Positions 1 to 9,751 of a DNA stretch of 64,000 nucleotides are shown piece by piece. Each line of letters opens with the position of its first letter. The stretch's first letter is position 1. The position numbers and the translations under genes were made by a program. Location of the stretch: positions 108,626,001 to 108,690,000 of the forward strand of contig CM059431.1 of NCBI GenBank assembly GCA_030390025.1, in the 5' to 3' direction. The stretch is from Squalus acanthias (taxonomy: Eukaryota). Below the pieces are notes generated by a model that did not search any database, was not told where the DNA came from, and was given only the letters and a program-made list of their open reading frames with translations.

Positions 1-196
1 CAGCAGCCAACTGTACAACCTCCCTTCTTCAAAGAGCTGTGTAACATTTAGCTGCCACCAAATTAAACCATCATGATTAATCCAAAGAAGTGTAGCTTGC
101 CGTGCATTATTTTGTGACAGGAGTTGCATATCATTTCCACAGTGATGGAACAATAGGCCTCCTTATATAGGTATGCCATATAACTGTCATGTGCAC

Positions 197-458
197 TGGG
201 TATAGTAGCGTGGCCGTTACTTTACTGGATTAAGCAATCCAGAGGGCTGGACTAATAATCCAGAGAACATGAGTTCACAAACCCACTATGGCAGTTTGAG
301 AATTTGAATTCCGTTTAAAAAGGAAATCCGGAAATAAAAGGATGGCATCAGTAAAATGCGACCATGAAGCTGTCAGATTGTTGTTAAAAACTGCTTTACT
401 AATTTTATTCAGGGAAGGAATCCTGCTGTACTTAGCTGGCCAGGCCTATATGTGACTC
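197..458 (+). mobile_element. tRNA-derived SINE (family C), 5' part; continues at 4368-4402 after the provirus
   Basis: GCCTATATGTGACTC|CAGTCCCACACCA is contiguous in the copy at ~19150. The head is tRNA-like. Confidence 0.8.
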
Positions 459-551
459 TGTGAAGGAATAAGCCATATAACCTATTCAGAAAAATACCCC
501 GCCTGATCCGGGGTAGCCCTAAAGGGGCTAGGACTAGTAAAAATCCCTTCA
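459..551 (+). repeat. 5' LTR, internally deleted (93 bp)
   Basis: 459-497 matches 3238-3276 and 501-551 matches 4314-4363; about 1037 bp of the LTR middle is missing. Confidence 0.92.
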
Positions 552-553
552 GT

Positions 554-571
554 TGGTGACCAATGTGTGTG
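554..571 (+). promoter_or_regulatory. Primer-binding site, decayed tRNA-Lys1,2 type
   Basis: TGGTGACCAATGTG lies 2 nt after the LTR CA. It matches the foamy Lys1,2 PBS TGGCGCCCAACGTG at 11/14, and two of the three mismatches are CpG>TpG. Confidence 0.75.
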
Positions 572-811
572 TTAACGAGTTGATACAGAAGCCTATACTT
601 ATAATTATATCTTTATCCATCTCGTAGATTGTTAAGTATAGAAGGAGTATTTTACTGACAGTGGTACTAAGACCCAGATTTAAGTCTCTAGAGACGACAA
701 GTCCCTGATCAGGCCTTGTAGAACTTAAATCAGAACACCCTCAATATACCATTGAGGTCTAGAAATTTCTTATAAATTTCATATTAAATCCTAAGGTTAG
801 GTCCTGACGAA

Positions 812-2852
812 ATGGCAAACCCTGTCGGAATTGGCCAAGTCTTTTTATTAGGAAATTCAAACGATTGCTACCATCAAGTCATTTACTCTGATGGATCATC
901 AATGATGATTAAAAAAGGGACATCCCAACAATCCTCAGCTGGGATGGGGATAGTAGTAGGGACTTTGAGATTCCTATTCTTTTTATCCAGAAGAATTACT
1001 GTCCATACCCCTTGGCCATAAGACAGTGCAATATGCTGAAGCCGCAGCACTACGGTATGCTTTTAGAAAAGGCAGACCCTATTAAACCCACATTAATCTG
1101 TACAGATAGTGACTATTGTAAAAGAGGATATAACCAAGATCTAGTTTTCTGGGAACAAACAAACTTTACCAATCATAAGGGTAAACACATAAAACATAAG
1201 TCATTGTGGGAAGACATTCTCCATTCGAGGATGGAGAAACAGAATTGTCAGGTGATTCCTGTAAATGGGCATACCACTGGGACAGTACACTCAAAAGGAA
1301 ACAGTCTTGCAGACGAACAAGCGAAATGTTCGGCCTGTCTGACACCCCCTCAAGAGGGGCCTGCCAATATTAGTGTTATCACTAGGGCAGAACGGGCAGC
1401 TAATCAGGATGAGGAACTGATTCAGCTATTAGACCCAACAAAAGAGAATCCACCAGGATATCCATCAAAGTACTTTTACTCAGAAACCCCTACCGGTATT
1501 GTGCTAGTTAAGTTGCCCAAGGGAAACCAAGAGGTACCCCCGAGATACAAACGAGAACAGCTTGTAAAAGAAGCTCACAAAGGCATAAGTCAAGCACATT
1601 GTGGTGCCAGAACAACATTCTGCAAATTGACTCCCTTATATTGGTGGCCAGGCATGCTTAAGGCCTGTAAAATATATGTGGCAAATTGTGAGCCATGCAA
1701 TTTAACCAATAAGTCATCACTAATTAAGCCACCACCATTGGCTCCTGTGAAAGCTGATGAACCAATGGGAAAATTCTTTATTGACTTTATTGGACCACTT
1801 CCCCCATCTTTGGGATACAGACATGTTCTCGTTTGTGTAGATGGATGCACTTCCTTCTGCTGGCTGGTCCCCACAAAAACTATTTCGGAAAACGCACTCG
1901 CCAATGCTATTACTGACATAATTACTGTAGCTGGTGCACCTAAAATCTTACACTCCATTAAAGGTGGAGTCTTTGTCTCCAAGGTCTTCAAAGACTACTG
2001 CGAACAAAGGGGGATTGGGTTAGAGCACAGCACGCCACATCATCCACAATCAGCGGGGCTGGTGGAACGTAAAAACCAGGAAATAAAAAAGCTATTGGTC
2101 AAACTGTTGAGAATCAGAGGAAATAAGTGGATCACCATCATTTTGGAGGTGCAGCTAACACTTAATAATGTGCCCGCATCTGCATCAGGGACAGTGTCCC
2201 CTAAAACTCCATATTATCTAATGTATGGGGTTGAGATGCATACACCGCTTACCCATGGTTCTTTTATTGCCTCTACACTCTCTGATTCCTTGACCCGACA
2301 GCGAGTTAGATTTAAAAAAAGATGTAACAGAGGAGATACATCAAATTGATCAGAGGATAAGCGAGACAAATAGGCAGAAAAAAATTGACAAACAAAGCAT
2401 GGCAACCCCTAGCAGGAGAATGGGTACAGGAAAAGAAGTTCAAGCAAAAACTTGGTTTAAGACCTAAGTGGAAAAAACCTGTTCAAATACGTTCTGCGAT
2501 TAACGAGAGAACTGTTAAAATACATATTAATCATCCGAATGGCAAGCATATTCTTAAAACTGTCTCCATAGACAATCTCAAAAGATGTCCTGCAGGATTC
2601 CGAAATGGAGGAACAATACAAGGTGCAGTCGTATACTGTCTTCCAAGACCCAGCTTGGAGCACGACACAAGAAATGGATGCAATCGAACTACTGACGACG
2701 GTCAGCCAGACAGTGTCGCCGACTCCTCCACACGATGCCTGGCAATGCCACAGCAATTGGATTCGCAAAAAGCCACAACCAAAACAATTAAAGACCAGCA
2801 AGTTACTTCAACGAAGGAGGAAAACACTGCGGATGGAGAAGGAATCAGCTGA
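812..2852 (+). pseudogene. pol: Foamy-like pol remnant: RNase H plus integrase (NED, HHCC, core, CTD), about four frameshifts
   Basis: RNase H motifs YSDGS..SAGMGIV, SIPLGHKTVQYAEAAAL (frame from 1002), TDSDY and GNSLAD. Integrase motifs GYPSKY, AH..H..YWWP..CEPC, KFFIDFIGPLPPS, HPQSAGLVERKNQEIK, LRPKW and TVSIDNLK. All parallel PFV Pol. The second catalytic Asp is lost (HSIKG versus HSDQG). Confidence 0.92.
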
Positions 2853-2871
2853 GCTTCTGGCAAGGCCTTGA
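2605..2871 (+). pseudogene. Probable env leader start (or orphan accessory ORF), truncated
   Basis: The ATG lies within the AAT-GGA (N-G) codons just after IDNLK of integrase, the overlap position recalled for foamy env. No SU/TM motifs follow. Confidence 0.4.
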
Positions 2872-3225
2872 CGAAAACAAGAATCTGTCCTCACGCTGGA
2901 TCAATGGAACAGTGTGTCAAGCTTCAGCCAGCTCCAAATGACGTCTTCTTGACTTGTATGACTAACTCACCTCTACGGAACGTACATCTGTCAATTGGAC
3001 ATTTTAATTACATGTTGTTTCGCTAATTGCATGACAATGTACCTATCATTCTTTTAATTTGTGTTCAATTTAAAATAAGGCAAAACATTGTCCTGGGATG
3101 ACTTAAAGGAATTTTCATGTAGCACATGATTGGGCTCTTGTGAATCTCGTGAAATTAATGTACTATTGTAACCTTATTTGTAACATTGACCAAACTCTGC
3201 CCTGATGCTCGAGCTCATCTTTTGG

Positions 3226-3237
3226 TCAAGAGGGGTG
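3226..3237 (+). promoter_or_regulatory. 3' polypurine tract
   Basis: TCAAGAGGGGTG immediately precedes the 3' LTR TG. Confidence 0.8.
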
Positions 3238-4363
3238 TGTGAAGGAATAAGCCATATAACTTATTCAGAAAAATACACTATCTTATGAAAAAATTCTGGC
3301 CTTATTAAAACATGACAAACTGGGTTTGGAAATTTAGAAACCTAACTATGAAATAGCTATGAAAGCATTCTGGCTATTGAGATAAGACAGTTATTGACCC
3401 TGAATAAATAACCTTATTGAAACAGAAGGTGAAGGGCTCAGACAAACTGACCTTTTGGGAACAAAACAATGGTTCACCCTGGATAAGGTGTTCTTCGTAA
3501 AGATAGCACATAAGATAAGGAACATCTGCCCTCGTAAAGATGACATAAAGTAAGGAACACCTGCCATCACACCGTTTTATATGGTAAACTTAGAACACCT
3601 AGAGATGAGACAAGATTCTGGCTGAGGTGGCAGTAAGAGTTGCAGAGGTTGGCAGAAAAATGACTAGAGATAATTAGTTTGCATCAGCAGAATACCTTAA
3701 AGGAAATACCACTGGAAAAGGGTATAAATATTGAACTCTCAAATGGGATAACAGACTCGCTTTAATCGGGTAAAGCGATTCTTGGCTTCGGAGGCGGCTC
3801 TGTAGTCTACCACCTTTTGTACCTCAGGGATCAAAGGTATTTGATATTAATGGATATCCTGTATAGAGAACTTTAAGAACTGTAATACTGTAGTGAAGTT
3901 AAGATTTAAAAGAAAGATTCTCTGTTAAAAAGATAGTACGTTTTCTCTTTTTAGAATTGTTAATGTTGCGATTGACTGATTCACCAACTGTAAATTGCAT
4001 GTCGGTTCTTTAATAAATCTATATATTTTTAGAATTGTCTTACAAGTCATCTGTATCAAAAACTCGCAAACTCAATCTCTGTACACTTTTTGGTGGAGAG
4101 TTGCAGAATTCTGGGGGAGTTTTCCAGACCCTCATAATATCCGGAACGTTACAGTCTAGCTAAACTTATTAAAAGCATTATCTGGAGGACGGTAACATTC
4201 TCGGGTTGTTCCTTTCCTTTAGGGAGAGATGGCCCGGACCTTTAGACCCAATTAAGCGTCTTTAGGATTTGGCTACCTCAAACTTTAGTTGAAAGTGAAC
4301 GTCTGAGAAATACGCCTGATCCGGGGTAGCCCTAAAGGGGCTAGGACTAGTAAAAATCCCTCA
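3238..4363 (+). repeat. 3' LTR, full length (1126 bp)
   Basis: TG...CA ends. TATAAATA at 3723, AATAAA at 4012, and a ~35-bp tandem repeat in U3 (3496-3565). Confidence 0.92.
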
Positions 4364-4871
4364 ACTCCAGTCCCACACCAGCGTGCAGTTTATAACGGGT
4401 GACTGATCTACTATTGGTTGTTTTGCATCCTCGCTGAAGTTGAATTTCTCCCACAGATATATTTAGGTTTTCAACAAATTGACCAGACCCAGCTTCCCCA
4501 AAGCACAGCTCTCTGCTTCCCCTCACCCCAAAGTGCTGCTATTTCTTTCCCCCATTCCCAAAACGCTGATGCTGGTATCTTCCCTCTTTTTTCCCCCCCT
4601 GCACAAAAGTGCTGCTCTTACCCTGACCCTCCCCGAAGACTGTTGCTCGATTCCTTCTCCTGAGCACTGCCCCTGAGCTCTTCCCCGATGGCACTGCCGC
4701 TGTGATTGACGATGCCGGAAACTGAATGGGAATCGCTGAGCTCATGGAATTCCCATCCACAGTTCACAGCATCATCAAACGCAGCTGGATAGCCAGCAGG
4801 TAGGAGCTTGGGAGCAGCGTTAAGGGGAAGGATCTGGTCTGCACTGAATTTGGTTGGCAAGCATAGATAGG

Positions 4872-5392
4872 GTCTCTTTCGAGGCACTAGAGAGGGTGCA
4901 GAGAAGATTTACAAGGATGATACCAGAAATGCAAGGGTATACAGATCAGGAAAGGATGAACAGGCTGGGTCTCTTTTCTCTTGAAAAAAGAAGGCTGAGG
5001 GGTGACCTAATAGAGGTCTATAAAATTATGAAAGGTTTTGATAGAGTGGATACAGAGAATGTTTCCACTTGTTGGGAAGAGCATAACTGGAGGCCATCAA
5101 TATAAGATAGTCACCAAGAAATCCAATAGGAAATTCAGAAGAACTTCTTTACCCAGAGAGTGGTGAGAATGTGGAACTCGTTACCACAGGGAGTGGTTGA
5201 AGCAAATAGTATAGATGCATTTAAGGGGAGGTTGGACAAGCATATGAGGGTAAGGGAATAGAGGGTTACGCCGATAGATATAGATGAGGAAAGACGGGAG
5301 GAGGCTCGAGTGGAGCATAAACGCCGGCATGGACTGGTTGGGCCAAATGGCCAGTTTCTGTGCCGTATATCCTATGTAATCTTATGTAATCT
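4872..5392 (+). mobile_element. CR1 LINE 3' fragment
   Basis: ALERVQRRFTRMIP..RLGLFSLEKRRLRGDLIEVYKI, followed by a 3' UTR with a TATGTAATC repeat tail. Confidence 0.9.
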
Positions 5393-5924
5393 TCTCCAGC
5401 ATTTCCTGTCCGTGTGTGCTTTATATCCAGGCCTCACCAAGATTTGAGGCCTGAATATTTGTTTTGGTTATTGTTGTGATCAAACTTAAATCCTCAACAA
5501 CCTCCAGATTACCTTTCTGGATGTGCCCTACATTTGCTCACTTGACATCAATAGCTTAAGTGTTCTTTGCTCCAGGAAAGTGTCTGGCAAAAGTAAACAG
5601 GAGAACATTTTATTGATAGATGCAATATAAAATTAAACTGCACACATATCTCTGGCTTAGCATCCCTGAATTTTATTGTTATTCAATGATGAATCACACA
5701 AATTCAAATAGTGATTCATTGTTCATCCAAGGGACAATTAATTTACCACTGTTTAATTCCTTGTCCACCGAGAAAAAACCTGATGATGATGCCTGGCTGC
5801 TTATTTTCTTAATCTCTTGATCAGAACTTGATTCAGTGATCTGGCTATAACCTTCTTTGGAATGCAAGTAGACCAACTACCAGACCATCTAACTTCTTGT
5901 GGGAATCATTTCTCATTTAAGGCA

Positions 5925-6095
5925 GAGAAAAATACAATTGATAGCCCGAAAGAAAATGCACAGCAGGCCAATCAGTATCTGAAAGAGGAAGGCTGGTTCT
6001 GAGTTCTGATGAACACACACAACAGAAAAGTTAACTTATTTTTATTTTTCTAATGCTGATCAGCCAGCTGAGCATGTCTTTGGCCAATATATTAT
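5925..6095. mobile_element. Degenerate Penelope pseudo-LTR remnant
   Basis: Resembles the 19770-19900 pLTR. CTGATGA..GAAAAGTTAACT hammerhead relic at 6006-6036. Confidence 0.4.
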
Positions 6096-6204
6096 TTTGT
6101 CATCAAAGGCATTGCTACAGACAAAAGAATCAAGTAAGGTCCATCTTGATGTATAATTCTTTTAAAAGAACACATGTTTCAGCTGTATATTTGTTTTTAT
6201 TCAT

Positions 6205-6582
6205 TTATGGGATGTGGGCATCACCAGCATTTATTGCCCATCTCTAATTGCCCTTGAGAAGGTGGTGGTGTACAACTGAGTGGTTTGCTCAGCCATTTCA
6301 GAGGGCAGTTAAGAGTCAACCACATTGTTGTGGGTCTGGAGTCACATATAGGCCAGCAGATTTCCTTCTCTAAAGGATATTAGTGAACCAGAGGGGTTTT
6401 TACAACAAGTCCGATAGTTTCATGGTTACCATTAATGCTAGTAGCTTTTTAGTCCAGATTTATTTAATTGAATTTAAATTCCCCAGCTGTCATGGTGGGA
6501 TTCGAACTTATGTCTCACATAGATCATTAGTCCAGGCCTAGCTGGATTACTAGCCCAGTGACATTACCACTACACTACCATT
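6205..6582 (-). mobile_element. tRNA-derived SINE (family C), near full length
   Basis: A/B-box-like head (TAGTGTAGTGG, GTTCGAATCC on the minus strand). The 3' tail CACCACCACCTTCTCAAGGGCAATTAG is shared with LINE family B. Confidence 0.75.
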
Positions 6583-6691
6583 CCACTTACACACTGAGCT
6601 GCGCACGCTTCCACAGTGAATGATTGTAAAATTTTAGATTTTTATTTTATTCTTCACATTTTGCTCCAGTTATTTTGTCTATTCATTGACT

Positions 6692-7222
6692 CATAGAATG
6701 ATGCAGCACAGAAGGAGGCCATTCGGCTCATCATGCCTGTGCCAGCTCTTTGGTAGAGATATCTAATTAATTCCACTCCCCTGCTCTTTCCTCATAACCC
6801 TGTAAATGTTTCCCTTAAAGTATTTATCCAATTCTCTTTTGAATGCTACAATTGAATCTACTTCCACCACCATTTCCGGGAGTGCATTTCAGATCACAAC
6901 AACTCGCTGTGTAAAAAAATGTTTCCTCATGTTGCCTTTGGTTCTTTTGCCAATCACCTTAAACCTGTGTCCTCTGGTTACCGACCCTTCTGCCACTGGA
7001 AACAGTTTCTCCTTATTTACTCTATCAAAACCATTCATGATTTTGAACACCTCTATCAAATCTCCTCTTAACCTTCTCTGCTCTAAGGCTCACAAACCCA
7101 GCTCCTCCAGTCTCTCCACATAACTGAAGTCCCTCTTCCCTGGTACCATTCTACTAAATCTCTTTTGCACCCTCTCCAAGGCCTTGACATCTTTTTTAAA
7201 GTGCAGTGCTCAGAATTGGACA
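6692..7222 (-). mobile_element. CR1 LINE 3' fragment
   Basis: Reverse complement of CR1 ORF2 C-terminus and 3' UTR; homologous to 32200-32680. Confidence 0.85.
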
Positions 7223-8660
7223 CAAGCTGTTCCAGTACAGCTAAAACATTGGCATTTACCCGACAATGTGGAAAATTGCCTAGGTATGTCCTGTCCACAA
7301 AAAGCAGGACAAATCCAATCCGGCCAATTACCGCCCCATCAGTCTATTCTCAATCATCAGCAAAGTGATGGAAGGTGTCGTCAACAGTGCTACCAAGCGG
7401 CACTTACTCACCAATAACCTGCTCACCAATGCCCAGTTTGGGTTCCGCCAGGACCACTCAGCTCCAGACCTCATTTCAGCCTTGGTCCAAACATTGGTTC
7501 AGACAAAACAGCTGAATTCCAGAGGTGAGGTGAGAGTGACTGCCCTTGACATCAAGGAGCCCTAGTAAAATTGAAGTCACTGGGAATCGCCATTGGCTGG
7601 AGTCATACCTAGCACAAAGGAAGATGGCTGTGGTTGTTGGAGGCCAATCATCTCAGCCCCGGGACATTGCTGCAGGAGTCACTCAGGGCTGTGTCCTAGG
7701 CCCAACCATCTTCAGCTGCTTCATCAATGATCTTCCCTCCATCATAAGGTCAGAAATAGGGATGTTCGCTAATGATTACAGAGTGTTCAGTTCCATTCGC
7801 AACTCCTCAGTTAATGAAGTAGTCCATGCCCGCCTGAAGCAAGACTTGGACAACATTCAGGCTTAGGCTGATAAGTGACAAGTAACATTCGCGTCACACA
7901 AGTGCCAGTCATTGAATATCTCCAACAAGAGAGAGTCTAACCACTGCCCCTTGATATTCAATGGCATTACCATCGCCGAATCCCCCACCATCAACATCCT
8001 GGGGGTCATCATTGACCAGAAACTTAACCAGCCACATTATTACTGTAAGCAGGTCAGAGGCTGGGTATTCTGCAGCAAGTGGCTCACCTCCTGACTCCCC
8101 AAAGCCTTTCCACCATCTACAAGGTACAGGTCAGGAGTGTGATGGAATACTCTCCACTTGCCTGGATGAGTGCAGCTCCAACAACACTCAAGAAGCTCGA
8201 CACCATCCAGGAAAAAGCAGCCTGTTTGATTGGCACCCCATCTTGATTGGCACCTCACCTTAAACATTCACTCCCTGTACCACTGGCGCACCGTGGCTGC
8301 AGTGTGTACCATCTACAAGATGCACTGTAGTAAGAACCAAGGCTTCTTCGACAGCACCTCTCAAACATGCAACCTCAACCACCTGGAAGGACAAGGGCAG
8401 CAGACGCATGGGGACACCATCACCTCCAAGTTCCCCTCCAAGTCACAAACAACACTGACTTAGAAGTATATCGCCGTTCCTTCATCATCGCTGGTTCAAA
8501 ATCCTGGAACGCCCTCCCTAACAGCACTGTGGGAGTACCTTCACCACGTGGATTGCAGCAGTTCAAGAAGGTGGCTCACCACCACCTTCTCAAGGGCAAT
8601 TCGGAATGGGCAATAAATGCTGGCCTTGCCAGCGATACCCACATCCCATAAATGAATAAA
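7223..8660 (+). mobile_element. CR1/L2-group LINE family B, RT region to 3' end, disrupted
   Basis: QFGFRQDHSAPDLI and GVTQGCVLGPTIFSCFINDL RT motifs. Homologous to 28527-30996 and 54410-55780. Confidence 0.85.
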
Positions 8661-9369
8661 AACAAAAAAACTCCAGCTGAGGTATTTTGGCAGCAAAAAT
8701 CCTCTGATTAGGTCATAGAGGTGGTTTGTGTTGGTTCTCATTTTTCCTCCTCAGAAAAATAGCACCGGAAGACTTGCTGAGAGTTAGATGCATATTTGCT
8801 GAACTCCTATTGTTAGTCAGAACGAGAAGATTCTGTAAGTGCTGTTATTTAAACAGGTTTATTACAAAAACAAGTTGAATTTGCAAAAAAACTCTTCACA
8901 TGCATGAAGCTGCCTCAAACCACTAAACATGAATACACAATCATGGACACCAAACTGAAAGGAGCAAGAGAAGCATGAAGAAGGTTAGAGTTGGGACCAA
9001 AGACATGATCAAAGAGATGGGATTTTGAGCAGGTTTTAGAACTGTGGAGGGATTTGGGGCAGGGAGTTTCAGAGGACAGAAGCTCTGGGGGCGATTTTGT
9101 CACTGGAGGCGAGATGGAGGCGGGTTTCGGTTTGGGTGGCTTTGAAACCCGCCTCCACTGATAGTTTTCAAAAATTTGCGATTTTCCCCTGATTGACCAC
9201 TTGATTTCAGAGGTGTGGGATGCCCTTGGTCAATTAGTGTTTTGGGACTGAAACTCGCCTCTGCTGACATCACTTTTCCAGTCTGATTTTATGGCTTCTT
9301 GCTGCCTTGCCTCATTCCACAGAATTTCTGCCTATGCGACATATTTTGAGAAACCACTCTGTCCAATTC

Positions 9370-9530
9370 CAAGGCAAGGGCCTCCCCGAGGCTCTCGGAT
9401 GAGGCGCTGGAAATTTTGTTTGAGGGGGTGACAGCTAGCAGGGAGGTGCTCTTCCACTCATCTGGGAGGAAGAGGCCTCCCAATGAAACCAAGGCTATGT
9501 GGGTACAGCTGGCAAGGGATATAACCATGT
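9370..9530 (+). pseudogene. Harbinger Myb/SANT-like DNA-binding protein fragment
   Basis: PRLSDEALEILFEGVTASREVLFHSSGRKRPPNETKAMW. Confidence 0.75.
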
Positions 9531-9751
9531 TTTGATGAAATGCCATCCCTGTTGGAAAGCATTAAAATGATTTGATGCCAAAATGTTGGCGTTATGGCAT
9601 CTGGTCTTCCGCCTTAGGCAACTCCACATTGCGGGCTCCGCCACACTTGCGTTGTCAGGTTGGTGACCTGAGTGAAAAGAGGCCAGAGAGTCATGTCCAT
9701 TGTCAATGATGTCTTAGGATGGAGCCAAGGACATGTGCCAACTTTGGCAAC

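Larger units (their letters stand above)
459..4363 (+). mobile_element. Endogenous foamy-virus-like (spumaretrovirus) provirus, internally deleted and non-autonomous
   Basis: Both LTRs start TGTGAAGGAATAAGCCATATAAC (459, 3238) and end GGACTAGTAAAAATCCCT(T)CA (551, 4363). 4-bp TSD ACTC at 455-458 and 4364-4367. Flanks rejoin to an intact SINE sequence. PBS, PPT, and foamy-type RNase H and integrase lie inside. Confidence 0.93.

Noticed and set aside
1012..2349. Gypsy/Ginger integrase or a domesticated host integrase gene
   Set aside because: Foamy-type motifs, flanking LTRs, PBS, PPT and TSD, plus frameshifts and a lost catalytic Asp, indicate a decayed provirus.
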